From Nitrospira sp. CR1.1 (GTDB lineage: Bacteria > Nitrospirota > Nitrospiria > Nitrospirales > Nitrospiraceae), in assembly GCA_014055465.1 (NCBI GenBank), contig WIAF01000015.1:64612-88611 (forward strand): a stretch of 24,000 nucleotides of DNA. Reading direction: 5' to 3'. Positions within the stretch are counted from its first letter, which is position 1. Each line of letters starts with the position of its first letter. Under the pieces are notes generated by a model. The model did not search any database. It was not told the DNA's origin and saw only the letters and a program-made list of their open reading frames with translations. The translations under genes and the position numbers were made by a program. Shown here in pieces: positions 16,659 to 24,000 of this stretch.

Positions 16659-16739
16659 AGGGACCTCCTTGTGGTGAACAGTCACAGGAAGCCGACCCTG
16701 CGAGCGTAGCGAGCCGCAGGTGGGAGATGCAGGACGGGG

Positions 16740-17150
16740 TTACGGGAACGGAGACAGCTGCGGAGGCCCATCCGAGCAAGTTGTGAACAGGTGCTCGATG
16801 AGCGTTTCCACCTTACACCAAAACTCATAGTGCGCATTATCGTAGGTGCGGCCGCTTTGGCCGCGTCGTGTCAGGGTGTACCGCGGGTACGCCGTGGAGA
16901 TCTGATACATCTGGTATTTCATGTCACGCACACAGGTGAGATAGTGGAGCGCATAGCGGTCACGATTTAGCTCATCCTGCGTCGCATAGCAGCTCATGAC
17001 AAATTGTCCCTGTGAGGATGTGCGAGAGAGATTGTGAAATGTACAGTCTCGACAGGTCTCATATTGGATGAGACCGAGAGTCGAGTGTTCGATCACCGTG
17101 TCTGGGCCAACTTCCTGACACTGGGGACAGAGCGGTGTAGTGCGGCCCAT
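16740..17150 (-). CDS. Hypothetical protein with a putative zinc ribbon (CPQC ... CRDC)
   Basis: SD AAGGAG upstream of ATG 17150. Two CxxC pairs in the first 40 residues. Confidence 0.55.
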   Translation of the reverse strand: MGRTTPLCPQCQEVGPDTVIEHSTLGLIQYETCRDCTFHNLSRTSSQGQFVMSCYATQDELNRDRYALHYLTCVRDMKYQMYQISTAYPRYTLTRRGQSGRTYDNAHYEFWCKVETLIEHLFTTCSDGPPQLSPFP

Positions 17151-17198
17151 GCGATCTCCTTTGGTGCCAGTGTGTGTCGCAGGGACTTCCCTGCGTTC

Positions 17199-17561
17199 CT
17201 ATGAATGTACGACAGAGTACGTGGCTCCTCTGACCTGACAGGCATCGATCATGTGTTTCGTGCCGCGCGACCGGCCATCCCAGAAAATCAGGATCAGATA
17301 CGACGGCACCTCGAGGGTTTCGTGGAGCATGGCAGAATTTCTGAGCATACCAGGTGATTTGCCATATCGGTCCCAGTCTGCCGGACGTCGGGACACGGGC
17401 ACTCCGGCTAAACGTGCGGCTTCTTCTGCCCACGAGTCGACTCCCCTGGCACAGCCATGGATCAGACAATCGCCCGCACGGAACGACTTCCGCATCACGT
17501 CCATGACCAATTCCTTGGAGGGAAAGTCGCGACTACCCGATACGAGCACGACTCGTTTCAC
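17199..17561 (-). CDS. DUF2493 / SLOG-superfamily protein
   Basis: GTG start behind GAGGAGG. RVVLVSGSRDF ... LIHGCARGVDSWAEEAA ... PADWDRYGKSPGMLRNSAML ... LILIFWDGRSRGTKHMI matches the recalled DUF2493 pattern (GsRd ... HGgA.GaD ... W..yGk.AG..RN ... fwdG.S.GT). Confidence 0.7.
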   Translation of the reverse strand: MKRVVLVSGSRDFPSKELVMDVMRKSFRAGDCLIHGCARGVDSWAEEAARLAGVPVSRRPADWDRYGKSPGMLRNSAMLHETLEVPSYLILIFWDGRSRGTKHMIDACQVRGATYSVVHS

Positions 17562-17622
17562 AGGACCTCCTCGAAGAGTTCAGCTGCGTAGAGCGTTTCT
17601 ATGAGGCTTGGGTATCGACGGG

Positions 17623-18021
17623 TTAGGGCGTCGGCACGCGGAAATCTGTGGCCAGCTTCACCGGAGGGTAGGTGTACACCGTGGGCCAGGTGAGACGAAT
17701 GGTGACCGTACAGATGCGAGTATAGCGATCATAGTGGTTCGTAATGTCGATGATCGGATCGGAGGTCGGGCGTACTGCCAGCGTCCTGAGCATGTGCGCG
17801 TGGCTTTTGGCGAGGGCTAGTTGAGCTTTGGGTAACGCCAGACGACAGGCGCGCGCCTGGTCCGACACGGGATAGCTCGCACCTTGTCCTTCGACAAACG
17901 GCATCTCTATGAGCGTGGGTTCGATGGTCGGGAGGGTGTTAGGGGTGATCTCCTCCGCTTTCACAAGATTGGAATGAACCCCGAGAACGAGGATGAGCAT
18001 CACAAGAGCGAGCATGCGCAT
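17623..18021 (-). CDS. Small secreted protein, unknown function
   Basis: SD GGGAGG upstream. Signal peptide MRMLALVMLILVLGVHSNLVKA. Confidence 0.6.
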   Translation of the reverse strand: MRMLALVMLILVLGVHSNLVKAEEITPNTLPTIEPTLIEMPFVEGQGASYPVSDQARACRLALPKAQLALAKSHAHMLRTLAVRPTSDPIIDITNHYDRYTRICTVTIRLTWPTVYTYPPVKLATDFRVPTP

Positions 18022-18161
18022 AACAGCCTCCCGACAGACGTGTTTTTACAGCGTGATTCATGCGAGTGATCGTGCCGAGGCGGCCTGCCCGCGTAGCGGG
18101 CCTGGACTGGAGGGGTCTGCCTCGAATTGGCGGTGGAGTCACTCAGCCATCGACAGCTGTA

Positions 18162-18980
18162 TTACTGGCCAGGGGCAGGTGTCACCTGTGAGTGGCGCAA
18201 GCGTGGAGGCAGAATGGAGAGGGGTAACTCAGGAAAAAAGACATGATTGGTGGCTGCGTGGCGCGCGAAGAAGTCAACGCGTGCATTACCGTACTCTCCG
18301 TTATGCGCCTGGATTTTGGTCCATGTGATGCGGACTCTGGAGGATGCCACTCGCTCACGATAGCGTTGTGTCCGGACCGCATTGGTCCGCCACGTGCCGT
18401 TCGCCCAATGGGCGAGGCCGGTGTAGTCAAACCGAATCTCGATGTCCGTGCAGTCATGAGCCCGACACCATTCTAGGACCTGTTCGACCGCGTGACACTC
18501 CCCGGCCACGTTGCGAAGACTCAATGCGTCTGGGTGTGAGATGGAGCCGGCCTGGCCGTCGATGGATTGGCCCTCGCGCCAAATTTCGAAAGCCCAGCCA
18601 ATGTGCGCGTTGTGGTCTTGCTCGCAATAGGAGCCATCGACGTAGGCAACAGTCGATCCTGCTGCCTGTGTAATGGGAGCCACCAGAGGCATGGGGTGTG
18701 GGAGCAGCAGCGTATGAAACTCTTGGAGTAGCACATCGTACAAACCATCCGGCCAGTTCTTGCCCTCCTTCACGAACGAGGTCTTGTCTTTGCCCACATA
18801 GAGGACCGCGTGCAGCGTGTGGGGAAGGGAGGGATGAGCGAGCGATACCTTGTGACCGTAGTTAACTGGGGCACCGACGGTGGCCGTGTATCCGGACTGT
18901 GTTAGTCGACCGATGAATGTGTCGGCAAGCCGTCGGGCCTGCTCGCTTGCACGCTGGGCCTGGGTGTGGTGTGGGATCAT
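18162..18980 (-). CDS. RNase H (type 1) domain protein with an unrecognised N-terminal domain of about 120 aa
   Basis: GGAGG lies 5 nt before ATG 18980, preferred over the track start 19052. The DEDD-type contexts are VAYVDGSY, GECHAVEQ, IEIRFDY and AHNGEYGNARVDFFA. Confidence 0.7.
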   Translation of the reverse strand: MIPHHTQAQRASEQARRLADTFIGRLTQSGYTATVGAPVNYGHKVSLAHPSLPHTLHAVLYVGKDKTSFVKEGKNWPDGLYDVLLQEFHTLLLPHPMPLVAPITQAAGSTVAYVDGSYCEQDHNAHIGWAFEIWREGQSIDGQAGSISHPDALSLRNVAGECHAVEQVLEWCRAHDCTDIEIRFDYTGLAHWANGTWRTNAVRTQRYRERVASSRVRITWTKIQAHNGEYGNARVDFFARHAATNHVFFPELPLSILPPRLRHSQVTPAPGQ

Positions 18981-19048
18981 GGTGGACCTCCTGGGTGACA
19001 CCTGACGATCACCTGCCCGCGCAGCGGGCCTATGGGGATGGGCGCATC

Positions 19049-19459
19049 TCACGGCACCCGTGGAGCCACGGTCAGGGACGAATCGGCGTAGGGGCGGACA
19101 TCACAGACGCACCCGGTGCCTTGAGCCTCGATCCACATGGAGAACCGGCCGGTCCCATCGCGGTCAAACCAGTAGAACAGTGGGGCTGGCAGAGTCTCCA
19201 CGACAGTGTTCTCGAATTCATTGTGGAGAACGTTCACGATTTGTCTGGCGGTCCGGTAATTGACCGTGCGAGATCCGCCTACGGCATAGTCGCGGACATA
19301 GAAGCCGGTGGCGATGTTCACATCTTCGTCCACTAACTGAGTGTCTGAAGGTTCCTCTGGAATGGGCGGGATGGATTGGGACTGTGCCCAAGACATGTTG
19401 GTGACGACAAGCAGCAGGAAACAGAGGAGTCCGATCAGAAGCGGACGAGTAGAGTGCAT
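19049..19459 (-). CDS. Small secreted protein, unknown function
   Basis: SD GGAGGG upstream. Signal peptide MHSTRPLLIGLLCFLLLVVTNMSWAQS. Confidence 0.6.
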   Translation of the reverse strand: MHSTRPLLIGLLCFLLLVVTNMSWAQSQSIPPIPEEPSDTQLVDEDVNIATGFYVRDYAVGGSRTVNYRTARQIVNVLHNEFENTVVETLPAPLFYWFDRDGTGRFSMWIEAQGTGCVCDVRPYADSSLTVAPRVP

Positions 19460-19564
19460 AATCCCTCCGTCAGGAGGCCTGGTGTTAGGGTGGGGCGATC
19501 CAGACGCAGTGTGGGTTGATCACGAGAAGGTGCACAGTCGAGGCGTGAGACGGGTGTCTCGGCG

Positions 19565-19912
19565 TTAAGCGGCCGCCTGTGTCTTGGCGCGGCGCGATGA
19601 CACGATTTGAATGCTGGACTGTGCTGCGGCCTCGTTACGTGCCCGTTCGATGAGCGTCCGCATATGAGGGGCAGTGGCGCGGTGGATTGTTAACAGGTAC
19701 TCCTCTGCACTCGCTGTTTTTCGGGTGATCGTGTACCCGCCCGTATCGGCCGCATCGTGCGGATTCTCGACGAGGTAGGTACACGAATGTGCGGAATACG
19801 GTTCCGGGGAATGACAATGATACCCGTAGGCACGGATGAGGGCAGTCAGAGCAATTCCCACACTCATGGGACTCGGAAAGGTATACCGTTTCGCCGCAGC
19901 GGGTTTGGACAT
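19565..19912 (-). CDS. Hypothetical protein (115 aa)
   Basis: GGAGG lies 6 nt before ATG 19912 (MSKPAAAKRYTFPSP...). No recognised domain. Confidence 0.5.
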   Translation of the reverse strand: MSKPAAAKRYTFPSPMSVGIALTALIRAYGYHCHSPEPYSAHSCTYLVENPHDAADTGGYTITRKTASAEEYLLTIHRATAPHMRTLIERARNEAAAQSSIQIVSSRRAKTQAAA

Positions 19913-19990
19913 ACACACCTCCATTAAGGTCATCGAGCGAGGACTCTGCCCGCAGGGCCAGCAGGAGATTTCAGCCCCTGACGCGTGCGG

Positions 19991-20173
19991 TCAGGAGCGA
20001 TGCCGATTGGGACGGTAGACAGGGGCGAGGTGTCGGAGTTCGAGGGAGAGTGGGTGGCGTTGATAGTGCCGTCGTCTTTTGTTGTGCAAGATCCGGCGGA
20101 GGAACGGGTGGCCGACACTGATTCCGACGAAGAGCCCGCAGATGATAATCGCAAGGATCGGAGCGTTCTGCAT
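19991..20173 (-). CDS. Possible small single-TM protein (60 aa)
   Basis: GGAG lies 8 nt before ATG 20173. MQNAPILAIIICGLFVGISVGHPFLRRILHNKRRRHYQ has a hydrophobic helix followed by a basic tail. It is short and overlapped by spurious GC-rich ORFs, so it is tentative. Confidence 0.35.
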   Translation of the reverse strand: MQNAPILAIIICGLFVGISVGHPFLRRILHNKRRRHYQRHPLSLELRHLAPVYRPNRHRS

Positions 20174-20248
20174 AGTGGTCTCCAGAGCTAGGGGAAAGAC
20201 CAAAGGTTGGAACGGGGAGGCGTTCAGGTGTGCAAGAAACTGCGCCGC

Positions 20249-21649
20249 TCAAAGCGTAGGGGATAGCACGATGTGCGTCGAACGTGCTCGGGCCTCTTTG
20301 GGGTGTGTGATTAGGGTTTGCATAAAGTATCCGTACCCATCGCCACGCTGAACCAGTTTGCAGTATCGATACGAAATTCCTTGAATGAATTCTTTGCCGG
20401 TCCAAATGTTGAAGCTGCCTGAGACGCGTACTGCTACGCGCCCTTGGTAGGTTCCTGACTTCTTGCCCGAGGGCACGTTGGCCTTGACCAGATCCCCGGT
20501 TTGAAAGCCGTTGACTAGTTTGTGACGCATCAAGTGGCAACGCGGAAAGCCGTTTTTGCTGAGCCTGGTGCGCTGATATCTTCCGCGCCCCGTGCAGCGA
20601 AGCTCCAGGGTGTTTCGCTGCCAGCCCTTCAGCACGCTGAACTCGCCCACACACGCTGCATCGAGGGCATGAGTCTTGGGCACATTGAGGCGCTGGCGGT
20701 TGTACTTCGTGAGACCACCCGAGGCCAACTCCACCGGTAGGCCGGTTGAGTGCAGCGCCTGGGCAAGAGCCCAGCGCGTTGTGTTGACCGCTGCCGCATC
20801 CTTGAGCGGGCGCTTGGCCTGGTCCTGTATACGGCGCAGTGTCTCGGGCTGGTGAGCCAGGAAGATTTCGATCGGCTGCGCAGCCTTCTTCTGGTTGCAA
20901 CACTGGCACGCCAGCACCAGGTTGCTAATCCGGTTGCTGCCGCCCAGTGCCTTGGGTTGGAGGTGCTCAATTTGTAGCGGAGTGTCTTTGGCCTCGCAGT
21001 AAACGCACTGCCTGCCGAATTTTTCCAGCAGGTACTCTCGAACTTCGTAACCAGCCAGCGTGCCTTGCTGGTACTCGGTGCCGGAAATTTCTGGATTCTG
21101 CATCGCCTGCATGTCGAATCGTACCAGTTCGCAACTGATGTCCTTGATGGGGGCAAAGCGTTGAAGGCGTTTGACCCAGGCCAGCGTGGTATCTATGCGG
21201 TGCTGTAGGCTGGGTGGAAGCCAACCGGCAGAGCGAACGCGATTAAGAATGCGGGGTGCGCGGTAGCGCAGGTTGCCTCTGCGCCGACGACGCATGTGAC
21301 GGCGGGCTGTCAGTGACTCACTGATCTGGCGACCACGGTGCTGTAGCTCAAAAAGGCTCAGCACGGTAATAGAGGCTGGGGGCTGGTGCCGCACCAGCGC
21401 CATGCCCGTAGCCTTGCTGCCTGGATCGACTTTAAGGCGCACCGGCTGCACGATGGCTTCGGTGCGATTCTTAAGACGGATCACCAGAGGTACAGCGCGA
21501 TGGACGACAGCCCGTCCTTCTTTGAGAAGTTGCCTGGCCCTGGCGGGGTGGCAGGGCATCAGTGTCTGTCCTTCTCTGTTCAACACAAAAACCTGTGATT
21601 GAATTGGATTACTCCTTTGTTCTCGCCTTTCGGCGGTGACGTGTGCCAT
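20249..21649 (-). CDS. iscB: IscB RNA-guided endonuclease (OMEGA system; RuvC with HNH insertion)
   Basis: PLMP-domain motif GQTLMPCHPARARQLLKEGRAVV, RuvC-I LKVDPGSKATGMALV, and Arg-rich bridge helix RRHMRRRRRGNLRYRAPRILNR. GWLPPSLQHR and RuvC-II ISCELVRFD follow. The HNH is CVYCEAKDTPLQIEHLQPKALGGSNRISNLVLACQCCNQKK, and RuvC-III is KTHALDAACVG. The C-terminal region is GFQTGDLVKANVP...GRVAVRVSGSFNI. The exact start is uncertain (ATG 21649 or 21658; the track GTG 21730 probably lies inside the ncRNA). Confidence 0.88.
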   Translation of the reverse strand: MAHVTAERREQRSNPIQSQVFVLNREGQTLMPCHPARARQLLKEGRAVVHRAVPLVIRLKNRTEAIVQPVRLKVDPGSKATGMALVRHQPPASITVLSLFELQHRGRQISESLTARRHMRRRRRGNLRYRAPRILNRVRSAGWLPPSLQHRIDTTLAWVKRLQRFAPIKDISCELVRFDMQAMQNPEISGTEYQQGTLAGYEVREYLLEKFGRQCVYCEAKDTPLQIEHLQPKALGGSNRISNLVLACQCCNQKKAAQPIEIFLAHQPETLRRIQDQAKRPLKDAAAVNTTRWALAQALHSTGLPVELASGGLTKYNRQRLNVPKTHALDAACVGEFSVLKGWQRNTLELRCTGRGRYQRTRLSKNGFPRCHLMRHKLVNGFQTGDLVKANVPSGKKSGTYQGRVAVRVSGSFNIWTGKEFIQGISYRYCKLVQRGDGYGYFMQTLITHPKEARARSTHIVLSPTL

Positions 21650-22000
21650 GCGGCACATCTCCCCTCGACCATGTTGCAACCCAGCGTGGATGGCGGGGCC
21701 GTTTCGTAGCCACCCGTGCCTTGTCTGCACCGCCGCCTTCGAGTGCCTGGGACTGAGGAAGCATCCCAGGGTCGGTTCTTTAGCTCTAGTTGCAACGTAG
21801 ATTGGGACCTACCCATTCTTGATCTGGTCAACCTCGAGCTTGCCGGGAATCCTTTCTGCAAGCTCCTTCCTTTAGGGGAGGGGCGGTTGACTACTCCTTA
21901 GAGGGAAGCGGATTCCAACCCGCCTGGCTGCTTCAAAGCCTACCTTCCTGAACGCCTTACACTGAGAGGGATGATTCTGTTAGTCCGCAGAATCCACGGG
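21650..22000 (-). ncRNA. Candidate IscB omega-RNA scaffold (the 5' guide would lie further upstream; boundaries approximate)
   Basis: About 450 nt lie between the ssb stop (22100) and the likely iscB ATG, with no convincing ORF. On the minus strand, GGAATCC pairs with GGATTCC about 55 nt later. A hairpin CTGGGA-N11-TCCCAG is present, GTTGCAAC occurs twice, and GTGCC-GCAT-GGCAC spans the candidate start codons. Known IscB loci encode their omega-RNA directly upstream on the same strand. Confidence 0.45.
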
Positions 22001-22041
22001 CGACGATCGATGTGTGGGGATCGTCTACCCACATGGCCGGG

Positions 22042-22080
22042 ACCGGGACTCTGTCAGCGAGGGCCGATCTGAGTCCCGGT
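22042..22080. repeat. 10-bp-stem hairpin (ssb terminator and/or IS200/IS605-type left-end subterminal palindrome)
   Basis: ACCGGGACTC-N19-GAGTCCCGGT sits 20 nt downstream of the ssb stop on the minus strand. A second, weaker hairpin (TGTGGG-N9-CCCACA on the minus strand) lies at about 22007-22035. Confidence 0.4.
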
Positions 22081-22099
22081 GGCAGGCCGACGCACTGTC

Positions 22100-22483
22100 T
22101 TAATGATGCTTGCCCTCGCGGATCAGTTTGTACTCGAACGCGGCGACTTCCAAGGTGGACCGCTTGGTTTGTGTAGACTCATCAATCCATTCACGGTAGT
22201 CGAGGGTACCGAGGAGGAGAACCTGATCGCCCTTCCGTAAGGCATTGGCGAACTCTTCGGGCTTGTCGCCACGGTATGTAAACGGCACCCAGTTGGTCTT
22301 CTTGGCCGTTTGGCCATCCTTCATGTAGTTCCGATGAGAGGCCAATGAGCCGGTAACGATTATCCGGCCAGAGGTTAACGCGACGATCTCGGGATTCTGG
22401 CCGAGCTGACCGGCGATCTCGATTTTATTGGTGTCGCGATACGGTTTCTTCATTTCCTGGGGAGTCTGGGTGGATGTGTTCAT
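22100..22483 (-). CDS. ssb: Single-stranded DNA-binding protein (OB fold), short form
   Basis: AGGAGG lies 6 nt before ATG 22483. NKIEIAGQLGQNPEI ... KKTNWVPFTYRGDKPEEFANALRKGDQVLLLGTLDYREWIDESTQTKRSTLEVAA follows the SSB OB-fold pattern. The 236-aa track ORF is an Arg-rich, implausible upstream extension. Confidence 0.75.
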   Translation of the reverse strand: MNTSTQTPQEMKKPYRDTNKIEIAGQLGQNPEIVALTSGRIIVTGSLASHRNYMKDGQTAKKTNWVPFTYRGDKPEEFANALRKGDQVLLLGTLDYREWIDESTQTKRSTLEVAAFEYKLIREGKHH

Positions 22484-22637
22484 AGTTACCTCCTGCACAC
22501 GTGATTCGTTCAAGCACCCTATGTGCCTGAATCGTGACGCTGTGATGCCTGCCCGCTGCGCGGGCCTTCGTGCGGCCTGGTGCGTTGTGCGGGTACGCGC
22601 TGTGGTGAATTGGTAGACGGAGTCATGGGGCCGTGTC

Positions 22638-23129
22638 TTACGTGGACGATGACGGGCGAGCCGGTGCGATAAGGGAATGGATGATCTGTCGCTCCGGATG
22701 TTGATTGAAAGCTTCCTGCGGAATGTTGAGAAGTGCGAACACGCCGCAGGTGACGGGGTCGAGTTGATAGGCGCGACCTGGCCACCTGGTCTCGATCGTC
22801 TGTACGACATCGTTTATGGGATGCTGTGGATCGAGCACGAATAGGTGTTGTTCGGCTGGGGCGTGCAGTGAGAGGTGCCAGACTTGGCAGCGGTCTGGCG
22901 TCAAGTTGGTGGTCTCGTTGACGGCAGGAAGTGACGATAGCCGTGGGCATAGGTCCTCGTTCAACAAATCCGTCGGCGGCTGCTTCTTGGCCAGAGCCTG
23001 CGTGAGCTTGGCATAGATGCGTTGAGCACCTTGCGTCCACGAGGGGTGCGCGGGGAGGCCGAGAAAGGCGGCTTCCGATGCGCGTTTTTCATCATAGGTA
23101 AGCGGACGAGGAGTGGGTGAGGTGTCCAT
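22638..23129 (-). CDS. Hypothetical protein (163 aa)
   Basis: GGAGG lies 7 nt before ATG 23129. No recognised domain. Confidence 0.55.
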   Translation of the reverse strand: MDTSPTPRPLTYDEKRASEAAFLGLPAHPSWTQGAQRIYAKLTQALAKKQPPTDLLNEDLCPRLSSLPAVNETTNLTPDRCQVWHLSLHAPAEQHLFVLDPQHPINDVVQTIETRWPGRAYQLDPVTCGVFALLNIPQEAFNQHPERQIIHSLIAPARPSSST

Positions 23130-23253
23130 GAGGGGCCTCCTATTGGATGTGGGCGTGGCCGGTCATCAGATGGAGATAGACGTCGGTCACGAACACCGGC
23201 AGTTGTCATGCTGCCGCCGGAGAATGCGGCGGCCGTTGTGCGAGGGGTATTGC

Positions 23254-24000
23254 CTAGGAGGCTTGGACGAGGGATATGAGCCGTGATGGCACGGGCTTGA
23301 GCTGTCCTCGCGAGGCGGTGGTACGTGCCAACACCCGGGAGAGGACTGCGTCCGATTCAATGGGGCTGTCATGTAGTGAGAAGGTCATGGCCTGGAGAAT
23401 GGTCGTCGCGTCGAGATGCAACCCATTGGCATTGGCTTCTTCGATGCATTCCCACAGAATCGGCTGAGGCCCGTGCTGTAGGGTGGCGAGTGCTCCGTGA
23501 TGTCCGATGACGATCAGTTTGCCTTTGGCCCGGGTCAGGGCGACATTTATCAGTTTGTGCGGGGCCGCATCGTCATAGGCCCAGCCTAACATTGATCGGG
23601 TCGCATTCTCCGTCGTGACCGTATCGAAGATTACGACGTCGCTCTCCCGTCCCTGGAAACGATGGATGGTGCCCACGCGCACGAGCTCATCCAGTTCTTC
23701 CAGGCGCAATAGTCGTTCGATGAGGTTGACCTGGGCGCGATAGGGACAAATGATGCTGACGGTAGGCAAATGACCGGATGTGGAGAGGGCCTGTTGCGCC
23801 AAGCGGACTGCAAGCAGTGCGTGATAGAGGTTGAAGGGAGAGCCTTTTGCGTCCCGAACAGTGACGGGGTGAGCAGGTTCGGTGTTGCAGAAGATGAGGG
23901 AATGTCCTGGTGCCGGCGCGGCCTCAGCGGTCTGGCTGCGGTCCGTCAACGTGGACGGGGCGGAGACATAGCTGAGCCCAGCGCGTGCGTAGAGACGACG
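23254..24000 (-). CDS. Partial SF1 (Upf1/DNA2-like, AAA_12-type C-terminal domain) helicase; the 5' end lies beyond the window
   Basis: The frame is open to the right window edge. Motifs SIICPYRAQVNLIERLL, VGTIHRFQGRESDVVIFDTV and INVALTRAKGKLIVIG correspond to SF1 helicase motifs IV-VI. Confidence 0.75.
   Translation of the reverse strand, partial: RRLYARAGLSYVSAPSTLTDRSQTAEAAPAPGHSLIFCNTEPAHPVTVRDAKGSPFNLYHALLAVRLAQQALSTSGHLPTVSIICPYRAQVNLIERLLRLEELDELVRVGTIHRFQGRESDVVIFDTVTTENATRSMLGWAYDDAAPHKLINVALTRAKGKLIVIGHHGALATLQHGPQPILWECIEEANANGLHLDATTILQAMTFSLHDSPIESDAVLSRVLARTTASRGQLKPVPSRLISLVQAS

Noticed and set aside
17059-17469. 136-aa minus-strand ORF overlapping the SLOG and Zn-ribbon genes
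   Set aside because: It is out of frame with two genes that have SDs and recognisable features. Its composition is Arg/Ser/Pro-rich.
19971-21156. 312-aa (19971-20909) and 175-aa (20629-21156) minus-strand ORFs
   Set aside because: They lie in alternative frames of the iscB gene and its 3' flank. Their composition is Pro/Arg/Ala/Ser-rich with no motifs, whereas the IscB frame carries a full set of family motifs.
22484-23040. Upstream extension of ssb (236-aa ORF to 22810) and the 173-aa ORF 22519-23040
   Set aside because: The extension is Arg/Ser/Pro-rich with no SD, whereas ATG 22483 has a perfect AGGAGG. The 173-aa ORF is an alternative frame of the better-supported 163-aa gene, which has its own SD.
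1-24000. CRISPR arrays, tRNA/rRNA genes, integrase or att sites
   Set aside because: I scanned for regularly spaced direct repeats, T-loop-like GTTCGAATC motifs and tyrosine/serine recombinase ORFs, and recognised none. Absence by eye is not proof, so tRNAscan, Infernal and minced should confirm.

Overview
All calls come from reading the sequence and the ORF track. No database search was possible, so family assignments rest on recognised motifs.

The window is a mosaic accessory region with five blocks:

1. **1-7139, minus strand.** A tightly coupled operon encodes a GrpE-like protein, an atypical 828-aa Hsp70, a classical-clade AAA+ ATPase, a single-pass membrane protein and a 541-aa protein whose N-terminus looks like a J domain without the HPD motif. 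A partial NERD-like gene follows and runs off the left edge. This self-contained chaperone-like module is my best candidate for an undescribed, possibly conflict or defence, system.
2. **7333-9581.** Defence-island debris: a frameshifted and truncated Abi-like gene, an intact toxin-first RelE/HigB-like plus XRE antitoxin pair, and a decayed, 3'-truncated IS3-family element.
3. **About 9600-13260.** A visibly AT-richer islet encoding a lipoprotein, a Tat-exported CHAP/NlpC-P60-like cysteine peptidase and a secreted trypsin-like serine protease.
4. **13267-20200.** A GC-rich plasmid/ICE/phage-like backbone. It carries a ParM-like actin with a small ParR-like partner and a repeat-bearing upstream region, a DUF457-type membrane hydrolase, a DUF2493/SLOG protein, an RNase H fusion, and several small secreted or unknown proteins.
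5. **20249-24000.** An apparently intact IscB RNA-guided nuclease with a structured roughly 350-450 nt upstream non-coding region (candidate omega-RNA). It is followed by ssb, an unknown gene and a partial SF1 helicase.

I recognised no rRNA, tRNA or CRISPR array.
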